Below are positions 20,827 to 30,458 of a stretch of DNA of 64,000 nt, piece by piece. The DNA comes from an uncultured bacterium (GTDB lineage: Bacteria; Oederibacteriota; PGYV01; CAWJRG01): positions 384,001-448,000 of the forward strand of contig CAWJRG010000010.1 in the NCBI GenBank assembly GCA_963845185.1. Reading direction: 5' to 3'. The notes beneath the pieces are model-generated. The model had not been told where the DNA came from. It saw only the letters and a list, made by a program, of their open reading frames with translations, and did no database searches. The translations under genes were made by a program, and so were the position numbers. Each line of letters starts with the position of its first letter. Position 1 is the stretch's first letter.

Positions 20827-20934
20827 CCCTGCGGCAGAGACCGCAGGGTATTCTAAAGGCATTGATGATTTGAGTAACCTACGGTTTCTCAAACTCTTCC
20901 CTTACAAGGAAACCCCGTGGCAAGACCGACGGGG
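20827..20934. repeat. Paired hairpins resembling IS200/IS605-type ends (non-autonomous)
   Basis: CCCTGCGGCAGAGACCGCAGGG and CCCCGTGGCAAGACCGACGGGG, ~65 nt apart, with no transposase. Confidence 0.5.
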
Positions 20935-20964
20935 AATATGTTTATTTAATCTGTCCAGACTGTA

Positions 20965-21619
20965 ATCGAGTAGGAGTCTGGCGATTAGTTCACCAGCCGT
21001 CCTCTCACACCACCCTGCATGCGGTTCCGCACAGGGCGGTTCCTGAAAATTATAAACAATTTATGCAGCTAACGGTTTATCCTTCAACCATCCGTTTCCT
21101 GACATCTTTTGTTCCGGGTTACTTAACTCTGCGTTTAGTCCTGGCTCGATTGACACACTCGTTAACATCCATGGCTGATTCCGTCAGCCTCCTATGTGCA
21201 GAGCGGAGGGTTTCTATCCTCTCTTGCTGCGTCTCCTCGTCCTGTAGGTTTCAAAGTTTCTTTTTCTCCCTGTTTTCAAGTTCTGCCCTTCGTTTGTGGC
21301 CTCAAACTACTATGGCTTCTGCTGACTCCTCGAATTTTCCTTCGAGGTCTCCCCAGATATCACACTCCCGCTTTCACGCTTATGCCTGCCGCATCTACGT
21401 CCGTACCTCCCGTGCAAGTACTGGACTTTAGAGACATTGGCCTCCTCATCCGATACGTCCGCCTTATATGCGGTTTCTGTTCGTCAGGCCAGCGCTTTGC
21501 CTTTGGCTTCCTGCGGATTCCACCTCACGGTGGACACCCTTGCCATTAAGCTAACGATTCCCCTTGCCGGGTTCGTGAGGAACTTTCATCCCTTATCGGA
21601 TGTGCGCTGCTGGGCGTAC
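20965..21619 (-). mobile_element. ORF-less class C (IIC) group II intron inserted after an intrinsic terminator
   Basis: 5' end GTACGCCCAGC at 21619 directly after GGCCCGGGCGAAAGTCCGGGCTTTTTGTTTG. Domain V/VI GAACCGCCCTGTGCGGAACCGCATGCAGGGTGGTGTGAGAGG...CCTACTCGAT ends at 20965. About 655 nt, no RT ORF. Confidence 0.88.
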
Positions 21620-21814
21620 CAAACAAAAAGCCCGGACTTTCGCCCGGGCCTTTTGCTTTATATTATTCTATTCTGTATTCTGCATTCAGCAAACCATCCA
21701 ACCCTCCGGCCTTCCATTCCTCCGCCTTTATTGCCCCGGGCTTATTACTTTTGCTTTATTCTATATTATATATGGCCTTTGGAATACCGATTACCAAATT
21801 CCAAATCTAAAATA

Positions 21815-22237
21815 TTACGGTTTGAACACTTCAACTATATTATTCCCATAATCTGCGACATACACGTTCCCGCTGCTGTCTACTGCTATTCCTTCAGGTG
21901 CAGAAAACTGCCCGTTACCGGTGCAGCAGCTGCCCCAGGAAGTCACAAACATCGCGGTCATGGTAGCTGTTGCGTTTGCGTTGGCTACCATGGTGCATAT
22001 TGCCTGGGCCGTCTGTGTAGCGTTCGGCTAGGCAGTTGACGTTGCCGTGACTGTCGGCGTGTGCGCGGCCACGGTCTGCGTCTCCTGCGCCGCCATCTGC
22101 GTGTCCACCGTCGCCTGCACGTTCTGCGTGGGCTGGGGCGTCGGTGCCGCAGGGTTGCTGGACTTGGAGCACGCCGGAATAATAACCATTATTAAAATTG
22201 TGGTGAAAGTTAAGAGCGCAAATCTGTTTTTTATCAT
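21815..22237 (-). pseudogene. Short single-NHL lipoprotein interrupted by an in-frame TAG (22028-22030)
   Basis: IPA/C lipobox; ...TATSTA*PNATQTAQAICTMVANANATATMTAMFVTSWGSCCTGNGQFSAPEGIAVDSSGNVYVADYGNNIVEVFKP*; 141 codons in one frame. Confidence 0.75.
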
Positions 22238-22286
22238 TTCAACTCCTCCTATTTATTTCGCCGTATATTTTAAAAACAGCGAAATT

Positions 22287-24134
22287 CTATTGGCTGAACA
22301 CCTCTACATACGGGTCGGCATCCGGATCAACAACATACACTTTGCCGCTGTTGCCAACGGCAATGGCCCACGGATACGCAAACTGCACCGAACTGCCCCA
22401 CATTGTTATAAAATCCAGGTTTGACGTAAATTTCTGCACATCTAAACCTTGAAGATCAACGACATACACATTTCCGCTATTGTCCACTGTTACTCCCTGG
22501 GGATTCTCAAACTGCCCTGGCCCGTTCCCATAAGTTCCCCCAATCCCTTGTACAAATACTCCCATTGACGTGAATTTCCATAGCCCTTCGAGATTAACTA
22601 CATATACATAATTTCCGCTGTTGTCTATGGCTATTCCTGCTGGGAAAGTAGAACTTGTCCAAAGAGGATAACTCCACGACTTTATTAACTCTCCCGTTGG
22701 CGAATATTCCATGACATTATAGCCGGCAAAGACATAGATGTTGCCACTGTTGTCTACTGCTATTGTTTTATTGTCAGTAATACCAGCCAGTGTTTTTATG
22801 CATTCACCTGTTGATGTGAATTCAAATACTCCGCCATTATCAATTAAATAAACATTACCGCTGTTGTCCACCGTTATTCCATCAGGTGGCATATAAAAAT
22901 TCCAGCCGCAGGCGCTGCCGTCCCATGCAATTATAAATTGACCGGCTGACGTAAACTCCTCTATTCTCTTATTGCCTGAGTCCGAGACATACACATTCCC
23001 GTTGTTTTTGTTTACGGCCACGCCACCGGGAACGTAAAGCTGCCCGTCTCCGGAACCGGGGCTGCCCCATGCCGACATGTTCATTGCGGTCATTGTTGCC
23101 GTTTCCTGCGCATTCACCTGCGCTGTTGCCGTTGCCTGCGCATTTGCCTGTGCTGTGGCTGTTTCCTGTGCCTGCGCCTGCGCCGTTTCCGCTGCCTGTT
23201 CCGTCGCAGTTTCTGCCGGTGGCAGCGCTGCCGCTGTCTGCGTCGCCTGCGCCTGCGCTGTTGCTGTGCCAACCACCTGCGCTGTTAACTCTGCCTGCGC
23301 TGCGGCTGTCGCCTGCGCCTGTGCCGTTGCTGTGCCAACCACCTGCGCCGTTAACTCTGCCTGAGCCTGCGTTGTGGCCGTTGCCTGCACCTGCATTATG
23401 GCAGTTAAAGTTGCCTGCGCCTGCGCCGTTGCGCCTGCCGTCAGCAGTATTACAGCTGTCTGTGTAGCCGGCGCCTCTGCCGTCTGCTGTGCCTGCGCGG
23501 TTGCTGTTTCCTGCGTCTGAATTGCCGCTGCTGTCTGCTGCTGCGCCACTATCGTGGCTATTGCCGCCGCTGTCTGCGTCGCGTTTGGCGTAAGAGTATA
23601 TGTATCAGCCAGCACAGCGGTATAAGTACTTGTTGCGCTGTACCCTGCCGCCGCCGCTGTCTGCTGCTGCGCAACTATTGTCGCGATCGCGGCTGCTGTC
23701 TGCGTGGCATTCGGCGTGAGCGTGAAAGTAAATGTAGGCGTCGCGGTATATCCTGCCGCGCCTGCCGTCTGCTGCTGGGCTACAAGCGTCAAAATTGCCG
23801 CTGCTGTCTGCGTAGCGTTCAGCGTCGGGGTAAGCGTAAATGTTACTGTAACGGTATATCCTGCCGCGCCCGCTGTCTGCTGCTGGGCTACAAGCGTCAA
23901 AATTGCCGCTGCTGTCTGCGTAGCGTTCGGAGTATCCGTGATTGTCGGCGTATTTGTCGGTGAATACAGCTTTATTATCATTGTCTGAGTGGCGTTTGCG
24001 TTTGCCTGCGTGGTCATTATTGCGCCGACCGTGCCCTGCACATCGGGCGTGGACGGTGTTTTTGTTTTCGAGCAGGAATTGGAAAGGATTGCGAATAATA
24101 GAATTCCGACTGCGATTATACCGAACTTTTTCAT
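22287..24134 (-). CDS. Lipoprotein with long T/A/Q stalk and NHL-repeat propeller
   Basis: LSNS/C lipobox; four AQQQTA units plus an ATAQAQ region; NHL repeats. Confidence 0.85.
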   Translation of the reverse strand: MKKFGIIAVGILLFAILSNSCSKTKTPSTPDVQGTVGAIMTTQANANATQTMIIKLYSPTNTPTITDTPNATQTAAAILTLVAQQQTAGAAGYTVTVTFTLTPTLNATQTAAAILTLVAQQQTAGAAGYTATPTFTFTLTPNATQTAAAIATIVAQQQTAAAAGYSATSTYTAVLADTYTLTPNATQTAAAIATIVAQQQTAAAIQTQETATAQAQQTAEAPATQTAVILLTAGATAQAQATLTAIMQVQATATTQAQAELTAQVVGTATAQAQATAAAQAELTAQVVGTATAQAQATQTAAALPPAETATEQAAETAQAQAQETATAQANAQATATAQVNAQETATMTAMNMSAWGSPGSGDGQLYVPGGVAVNKNNGNVYVSDSGNKRIEEFTSAGQFIIAWDGSACGWNFYMPPDGITVDNSGNVYLIDNGGVFEFTSTGECIKTLAGITDNKTIAVDNSGNIYVFAGYNVMEYSPTGELIKSWSYPLWTSSTFPAGIAIDNSGNYVYVVNLEGLWKFTSMGVFVQGIGGTYGNGPGQFENPQGVTVDNSGNVYVVDLQGLDVQKFTSNLDFITMWGSSVQFAYPWAIAVGNSGKVYVVDPDADPYVEVFSQ

Positions 24135-24302
24135 GATTAATTCCTCCCTTTTAATGTTTTCTATATTTTATCACTTATCCCGCTTCTGTCAAACAAAAAA
24201 GCCCGGAGTCTATGCCCCGGGCCTGTTGTTTTTGCATTTATCTATTCTGTATTCGGCATTCAGCATTCAAGCATTCGAATCCAGAATCCCAAATCTTAAA
24301 GA

Positions 24303-25475
24303 TTACGGATGGAATTTTTCGATTCTATTATTTATAGTGTCTGCAACATACACGTTTCCGCTGCTGTCTATTGCTATTCCAGTAGGCTCACTAAACTGCC
24401 CGTTGCTTGTTCCATAACTTCCCCATTGCGTGATATACGTGCCCGTGCTGGTGAATTCCTGGATTCTATAATTGTTTACGTCCGTTACATATACGTTTCC
24501 GCTGCTGTCTATTGCTATCCACCCGGCGCCATTAAACGACCCATTGCCGCTTCCGGGAGTTGTTGCAGAACTGCCCCATTGTGATATATATGCGCCTGTG
24601 CTGGTGAATTCTTCGATTCTGTTATTATAATAATCTGCAACATATACATCTCCGCTGCTGTTTATTGCTATTCCGACAGGCTCATCAAACTGCCCGTTGG
24701 TTATTCCGGGACTGCCCCATTGTGTGATATATGCGCCCGTACTGCTGAATTCTTCGATTCTGTTGCCATTTGTGTCTGAAATATACACGTTTCCGTTGCT
24801 GTCTGTTGCTATTCCCTGGGGATGATTAAACTGCCCGTTGCCCGTTCCTAAACTACCCCATTGTGTGATATATGCGCCTGTACTGCTGAATTCTTCGATT
24901 CTGCTGTTTCCATAGTCTGCAACATACACATTCCCGCTGCTGCCTACTGCTATTCCAGCAGGACCTCTACTGCCAGCAATAGCCCCAAACTGCCCAATGC
25001 CGTTTCCAAAACTGCCCCATTGAGTTATATATGTGCCTGCACTGTTAAATTTCTGGATCCTGTAATTTAAAGTATCTGCAACATATACATCTCCGCTGCT
25101 ATCTACCGCCACTCCATAAGGATAATAAAACTGCCCGTTGCCGCTTCCCTGGCTGCTCCATGTGGTTACAAACATTACGGTCATTGTCGCTGTCTGCTGC
25201 GCTGAAGTTCCGGCTGTCTGCAGCGCAATAGCTGTTTGTGTCGCATTTGCCTGCGCCGTGGTTGTCTGCTGTGCCTGTGCCGTGGCTGTTTCCTGCGCCG
25301 ATAGCCCGGCTGTCTGCAAATAAACTGCCGTGGCTGTTGCCGCCGCAGCCTGCGCTGTGGCTGTCATGTTGGGTGTGTTTGTTGCTGCAGGACGGGTAGG
25401 GGTAGGCAATTTTTTGCAATTGAATATAATTATGAATACAAATAGAATTAATGCCGGGATTAAGATTTTTTTCAT
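24303..25475 (-). CDS. NHL-repeat lipoprotein
   Basis: IFN/C lipobox; six WGSxGxGNGQFxxPxGIAxDSSGNVYVAD repeats. Confidence 0.9.
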   Translation of the reverse strand: MKKILIPALILFVFIIIFNCKKLPTPTRPAATNTPNMTATAQAAAATATAVYLQTAGLSAQETATAQAQQTTTAQANATQTAIALQTAGTSAQQTATMTVMFVTTWSSQGSGNGQFYYPYGVAVDSSGDVYVADTLNYRIQKFNSAGTYITQWGSFGNGIGQFGAIAGSRGPAGIAVGSSGNVYVADYGNSRIEEFSSTGAYITQWGSLGTGNGQFNHPQGIATDSNGNVYISDTNGNRIEEFSSTGAYITQWGSPGITNGQFDEPVGIAINSSGDVYVADYYNNRIEEFTSTGAYISQWGSSATTPGSGNGSFNGAGWIAIDSSGNVYVTDVNNYRIQEFTSTGTYITQWGSYGTSNGQFSEPTGIAIDSSGNVYVADTINNRIEKFHP

Positions 25476-25962
25476 TTAATGCCTCCCTTGATTTCGTTTA
25501 CTTTGCCAAGCCGTCAACAGGCGCAGGTAAAGTATTACGAAATCATGTACCCGCTCAAGTCCGAGCCGCAGGTCCGGACAAGCGGTAAATTATTAATTGG
25601 TAATTGTTATAATTATACCCCCTTAAAAACGCCCTGTCAAGCAGGGTAAATTTGCCCAATTTAAATGAAATATAATCTGCCAGCGCAAAAAAGCCCGGAG
25701 CTTTGCCCCGGGCTTGTATCTATTACACGCGCTTAAAAAGTCTTTTCGTTATCTTTCCGCCAATCCGACGAAAATCCCTGCCAAAATTTCCCAGATAAAG
25801 TTATTTGCTGCTGCGATAAATTAATTTTATATAGTAATTTTTGTCATTAATAAACAGCGCGGAAGATGTCTTGAATATGCCCTTGACAAAGATATGAAGT
25901 TGACTATATTATTGCTATAATTTTATATGTTATAATAGAATCACCAGTAAAAAGGAGGGTTT

Positions 25963-26769
25963 ATGAAACATTTAAAATTAATTTCCCTGTCGGGTATTCT
26001 TATTGCTTTTACAATATTTTCAGCATCAGTGAGAGCCGATGAAGACTCATATGCTTCATATGAAAATTATTCAAGTATCCTTATTAAAATGCAATGGAAT
26101 ATATCATCTTCTTCCGACATTTTTTCACCGGCACTATATGGAGGTGGATTTTTCTATAATAGCCCTGTCTTTAATTTCGGCGGGTATGCCGGTTATCTTT
26201 ATAATAATTCTGTATATGGATCATTCGGCACAGCCAGCGGCCTTGGCGCTGAAATAAAGGCCGGAATAAATCTGCTTAAATATTTCAATTCGCAGGCGGA
26301 TTATTGTGTAATAGACGCAAATTATGAGCACAGTGATTTTTTTTCCAAAACAACAACGACTATTTGGCACCTCGAACAAGGAAAGAGCCTTTTCACAATT
26401 TGCCCCTACGCAGGCGCTGATTATAACAACTGGACCGAATATTTCCCGGAGCAAATTCAAATCAATGCTATGGAAAATATATTATTTTTCGAGATAGAGT
26501 TGAAAAATAAATTCTTTTATAAAGATTATCCGGCTGTAAGTTTTCGCGAGGCTTATATGAATTTATGTGATTTCCGTTTTATTGCGCGCTTATTTTATGA
26601 CATTTCAAACGGGGCGTCATATACAAACAGAAACATTCCAGGAATGATGTTTACTCTTAACGACGCGATGCTTTCTTTTTCATACGCCTATTATTTTAAC
26701 GGGCTCTCAAGGATATTCCTTGGCGTTGATTTTCCAATAGACATATTTACGCCGGAACCGAATTATTAA
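25963..26769 (+). CDS. Hypothetical exported protein (aromatic-rich, possible outer-membrane protein)
   Basis: Signal peptide; AGGAGG RBS; upstream TTGACT...TATAAT promoter-like boxes. Confidence 0.7.
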   Translation: MKHLKLISLSGILIAFTIFSASVRADEDSYASYENYSSILIKMQWNISSSSDIFSPALYGGGFFYNSPVFNFGGYAGYLYNNSVYGSFGTASGLGAEIKAGINLLKYFNSQADYCVIDANYEHSDFFSKTTTTIWHLEQGKSLFTICPYAGADYNNWTEYFPEQIQINAMENILFFEIELKNKFFYKDYPAVSFREAYMNLCDFRFIARLFYDISNGASYTNRNIPGMMFTLNDAMLSFSYAYYFNGLSRIFLGVDFPIDIFTPEPNY

Positions 26770-26969
26770 ATACGGCATTGCCCTTATGCCAGCGCCATGC
26801 GCTTTGCCATAATTTTTTTTGTATGAACCAGTAATTCCCGTTAAGCATTCATTGCCAAGCAGTGAATTTTTAAAAGTCTTAGCGCAATTAAAAAAGCCCG
26901 GAGCTTGCGGCCCCGGGCTTTTATATGATATTCGTGCTTAAAACTGCTTAAAAATGCTGTTTTTTTAGG

Positions 26970-27464
26970 CTAAAACCGTGCCTCAAGCAGTGTTAAGCCT
27001 GCAATACTTTTATCGTGCTTGTTAATATCCATTGGATTTTCCGACGTTATATTGCTGCAGGTATAATTATATTTATCTATGGCATCATAGATAAAAGTTG
27101 TTTGAAGAATGCTTGACGCTACACCCAACAGGACAAGAGGCAAACAAATATAATTCGGCTGCCCTTTATGCAGTACCAGCACAAGGTCATCAACGGCAAA
27201 ATAAAGCGCGGGTATGTCGAACACAAACATTGCTATCCTGGCTATCCTTGCATTCCTGAGCGAATCCATGGCCGCGGGGCAGCCTTTTATAACAGGCTCT
27301 ATCTGTGGGGCAGCCCAGCCCCAGTCCCATCCCAGTTCTTTCCCGTCATATAAATACTGCACCGCCAGCCCGTTTGTTGATTCTGTAATTTTATTTGTTT
27401 CAGCCGCGCGTACTGGCGAAAACAGCATAATTATCATGATTATGAATATGTATTTATTTTTCAC
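26970..27464 (-). CDS. Hypothetical exported/membrane protein
   Basis: Signal peptide plus a hydrophobic hairpin; C-terminal F. Confidence 0.65.
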   Translation of the reverse strand: MKNKYIFIIMIIMLFSPVRAAETNKITESTNGLAVQYLYDGKELGWDWGWAAPQIEPVIKGCPAAMDSLRNARIARIAMFVFDIPALYFAVDDLVLVLHKGQPNYICLPLVLLGVASSILQTTFIYDAIDKYNYTCSNITSENPMDINKHDKSIAGLTLLEARF

Positions 27465-27678
27465 AAATGTCCACCTTTTCTGTTCATTTTTTTAGTACTG
27501 ATGATTGTGATTTTTTCTGATTTGAAAAAGGATTATACAGTCCGACTGTTGCAAAGTCAATTTATCTTTTAAATGCGTATCACATGCCTGTAAAACAGGG
27601 ATATGATTTGTATATTATGCCGTGTATATAACCGGCGTTGAACCCCATCCTCCAACTACGTTCCTGCCTGCGTCGCAG

Positions 27679-28440
27679 TTAAACCCGAAATGAAAATATT
27701 TTTTTCCGGGTTCGAAGCCTGCCGCTCTTGATGACTCCCGGATTTTGTTTGTCTTTTAAGGACAGCGCGTTTCCGGTCAGCAGGGCAAAAAATACCACAT
27801 CCTGGTTTTGAGGCTCATACACGGCATCATCTTTCCTTGATATTCCGTAAATGACAGCCGGCCCTGTGCCTGACGAAAACATTGAGCTGTCATTTATGTA
27901 ATCGCAGTTATCTTCGGCGCTTTTTCCTTTGGCTGGAGCAGGCACCGGACTTTTAGCGGATATGCCCACACCCCAGTCTATGGCCATTGCATGGCTGTAA
28001 TTCATCGTCAGTTTCTGCTTGCTTCCTGCCGCAGTAATTTCCACTATTGTGCCTTTTTTTGCCGGTAATTTCGTTTCAAAATATGCTTTCGAGCATGGCT
28101 TTATGCTGATTGTTTCCGTTAGGCCGTCAATGTAAATCGCAACGTCGCCGCTATAGGATTTTGACACGGCAAAAACCCCTGCAGTGTCCGCGGCATGTAT
28201 GTCCTCGGACTGCCAGTATTCGATAAAGGCAAACAGCCCGTACGGCAATTCGCCCTTATACAGCTCGTCACACAGTTTGCCCGGCTCTTCGCCCTCCTGC
28301 TGCGCCTGAGGATTGCCGCCGTAACTCTGCCCAAGCAGGTTCCCAAGTACATTGTCAAGACCCAGTTTTTTCACCACACTTCCGCGCAAGTGACCGAAAA
28401 TCTTTTCCACTATCTGCTGAATTATGTCCTTTTCCGCCAT
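27679..28440 (-). CDS. Hypothetical protein downstream of cpaB
   Basis: 253-aa ORF with GGAGG RBS, co-oriented with the Tad cluster. Confidence 0.65.
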   Translation of the reverse strand: MAEKDIIQQIVEKIFGHLRGSVVKKLGLDNVLGNLLGQSYGGNPQAQQEGEEPGKLCDELYKGELPYGLFAFIEYWQSEDIHAADTAGVFAVSKSYSGDVAIYIDGLTETISIKPCSKAYFETKLPAKKGTIVEITAAGSKQKLTMNYSHAMAIDWGVGISAKSPVPAPAKGKSAEDNCDYINDSSMFSSGTGPAVIYGISRKDDAVYEPQNQDVVFFALLTGNALSLKDKQNPGVIKSGRLRTRKKIFSFRV

Positions 28441-28541
28441 TTTACGCCTCCGTTTCTACATAATTTTCAATGTCATTAATTCTCAATTGTCAATTAACAG
28501 CCTTTCATTGAAAACTAATAATTCTTAATTAATAATTTCAC

Positions 28542-29333
28542 TCACTCTTCCCTTTTTTTCAGCATCATGTCGCTGTTTAATTCCTGCTTCAGCTTTTCCT
28601 CGTCGCCTTTTTCATTTGCCTTTATCTGGTTTATGAGCTCGTTTATTGACGCGAGCCTGATTTTCTCCTTTGCCGTGTCGCCCACCGGCCTCAACGAAAG
28701 GCTTATCCTGCCTTTTTCCCTGGCAAAAACCAGCAGTTCAGTCTCTTCAGGCGTGAGCGCGAGCGTCACCGCGCTGTAATTTGCTTCTTTTGACGCGCTT
28801 CCAGAAAAATCGTTGCCTGCCGCTATCACCCTCACCGCCTGCAGTATGGTGGCAGTGACCGTATAAACTTTTTTATTTTCGTTTATTTCGAAAGTAAGCA
28901 CCACATCCACGTAATCGCCTGCTTTGACCATGTAGTCAACCAAGCTTTGCTCGTCCACTGCTATGCTCACGGCCCTCATGCCCGTGGGTATGGCCGTGTT
29001 TAATTTTTCCGCGCTTTCGGAAATCTTGTTCATCATTATGGGCTCTCCCTTGATGAAAGGCACCAGCGTGATTTTGTTTTTCGCCTTTTGAAAGTCAAGC
29101 ACGTGCGCCGACGTGATGAAATTTTTCGGCATCTCCTTGTATTCGACATTTTCCCTTTTTATTTCAGCGTAAGCCGGGATGTAATCCGCTGCCACCAGCA
29201 CCTTGACCGGCTCCATTTTCGACATGACGCTTTGTTCCATGCCTGTGATATAAAAATAACCCAGCCCAGCCGCTATCAATCCGGCTGTAACCGCTATTAA
29301 AAAAAGCCTTCGTTCAGGTTTTTCGCTTGCCAT
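28542..29333 (-). CDS. cpaB: Flp pilus assembly protein CpaB/RcpC
   Basis: N-terminal TM, SAF domain (VLVAADYIPAY), GMRAVSIAVD...GDYVDV...VTLALTPEE. Confidence 0.92.
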   Translation of the reverse strand: MASEKPERRLFLIAVTAGLIAAGLGYFYITGMEQSVMSKMEPVKVLVAADYIPAYAEIKRENVEYKEMPKNFITSAHVLDFQKAKNKITLVPFIKGEPIMMNKISESAEKLNTAIPTGMRAVSIAVDEQSLVDYMVKAGDYVDVVLTFEINENKKVYTVTATILQAVRVIAAGNDFSGSASKEANYSAVTLALTPEETELLVFAREKGRISLSLRPVGDTAKEKIRLASINELINQIKANEKGDEEKLKQELNSDMMLKKREE

Positions 29334-29357
29334 ATAAACCTCCTGTAAATTTTATTA

Positions 29358-30458
29358 TTACATTTTTATATTGTCTATTGCCGAAGCCGTTGACGGAATC
29401 AGGTTCACAACTTTTATAAGCAGCTGCGCCGCGGTATCTTCCGAGATATCCTCCATGCTGCCGGTCTCCTTGCATAAATCAATAAGCTTGCCGAAAGTAT
29501 CTATGGTGCTGTTACCCTTGCCGAGCATTGAAATTATCTGCCTTACGCTGTCGAAATTTTCCAGGCTGTATTTGCCTTCCACCACGTCCTGCGCCGTGCT
29601 TATATCCTGGCTTGTAATGCCGTACTTTGACAGGGCTCCATTTCCTTTTTGGTCTATAAAACCCGCTATCTGGTCCTGGGCCACCTGCCCCTCGCTTGTC
29701 ACAGCATCTATTTTATCCACAGCCCCGCCGATTTTCGATATGAAATCCGCGTTTGCGAGTATCATATTAAGGAATTTTTCCATTATATCGAGCATGCCGC
29801 TGCCCTGCTCGTCTCTGTTATTTTGGCCGTTGCCTGTAATATCGAGTTTGGAATTGATGTTTACCGGGTTTGGCGCGTTTCCTATGTTCAGGCTTCCGGG
29901 CATGTTCTTGTCCAGCCCCAGGCTGTTGTCGCTTAGCCCGAGTTTGGTATCGCTGCTCAGCAGGCTGTTGTTTTCTTCGGACAGCAGGTTCAGTTTGGCG
30001 GTATAACCTGAGCTTGCAGTAACCCCTGCGCCCGTATATGAAAAGTCATTGCCTGTGTTAAATTGGGTATAATTAAGCGCTGCTGCTCTCATTTCGTCTG
30101 TCATGCCTGTAAAATCCTGGTTGCTGGCCACTATTTTCCTGATTGCAGCGAAATATTGCTTTAAATCAATGTGATTAGGCGCGCCGGTTGCCTTTAAAAT
30201 CTTCAAAATCATGCTTGCCACCCTTATTTTCTGGAGCCAGCCCTGGATCTGCCCTATAGGCAAAGTATTTTGTATTGCCCCGGTTATGTCCTGGCCTGCG
30301 GTTTTAATATCGCCAAAAACTCCGTTCGATACAAAAGGCGACATGACAAATTTCGCTATTATTTCGCCGTACGACATGTCTGCCGCGGCAAAACCGGCGC
30401 CGGCGGACAGGATAAGGCCGACTATAAAGGCCGCCTTCAGCCTATTATTGTGAGCCAT
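29358..30458 (-). CDS. Hypothetical exported protein in Tad cluster
   Basis: Signal peptide; overlaps the upstream gene. Confidence 0.7.
   Translation of the reverse strand: MAHNNRLKAAFIVGLILSAGAGFAAADMSYGEIIAKFVMSPFVSNGVFGDIKTAGQDITGAIQNTLPIGQIQGWLQKIRVASMILKILKATGAPNHIDLKQYFAAIRKIVASNQDFTGMTDEMRAAALNYTQFNTGNDFSYTGAGVTASSGYTAKLNLLSEENNSLLSSDTKLGLSDNSLGLDKNMPGSLNIGNAPNPVNINSKLDITGNGQNNRDEQGSGMLDIMEKFLNMILANADFISKIGGAVDKIDAVTSEGQVAQDQIAGFIDQKGNGALSKYGITSQDISTAQDVVEGKYSLENFDSVRQIISMLGKGNSTIDTFGKLIDLCKETGSMEDISEDTAAQLLIKVVNLIPSTASAIDNIKM

Noticed and set aside
8633..22289. Genome-wide TAG reassignment
   Set aside because: TAG terminates several genes at the expected C-terminus (8633, 10015, 12253, 22287).
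9866..24222. CRISPR array
   Set aside because: The repeats are separated by kilobase genes or are protein-coding; there are no 25-45 nt repeat-spacer units and no cas genes.
9417..24417. Numerous plus-strand Val/Ala/Cys-rich ORFs, and also 61326-62234
   Set aside because: Antisense shadows of the repetitive minus-strand genes and of the transposase.
8633..25475. Integron cassette array
   Set aside because: No tyrosine integrase in the window and no convincing attC (RYYYAAC...GTTRRRY) sites; the units carry their own promoters.
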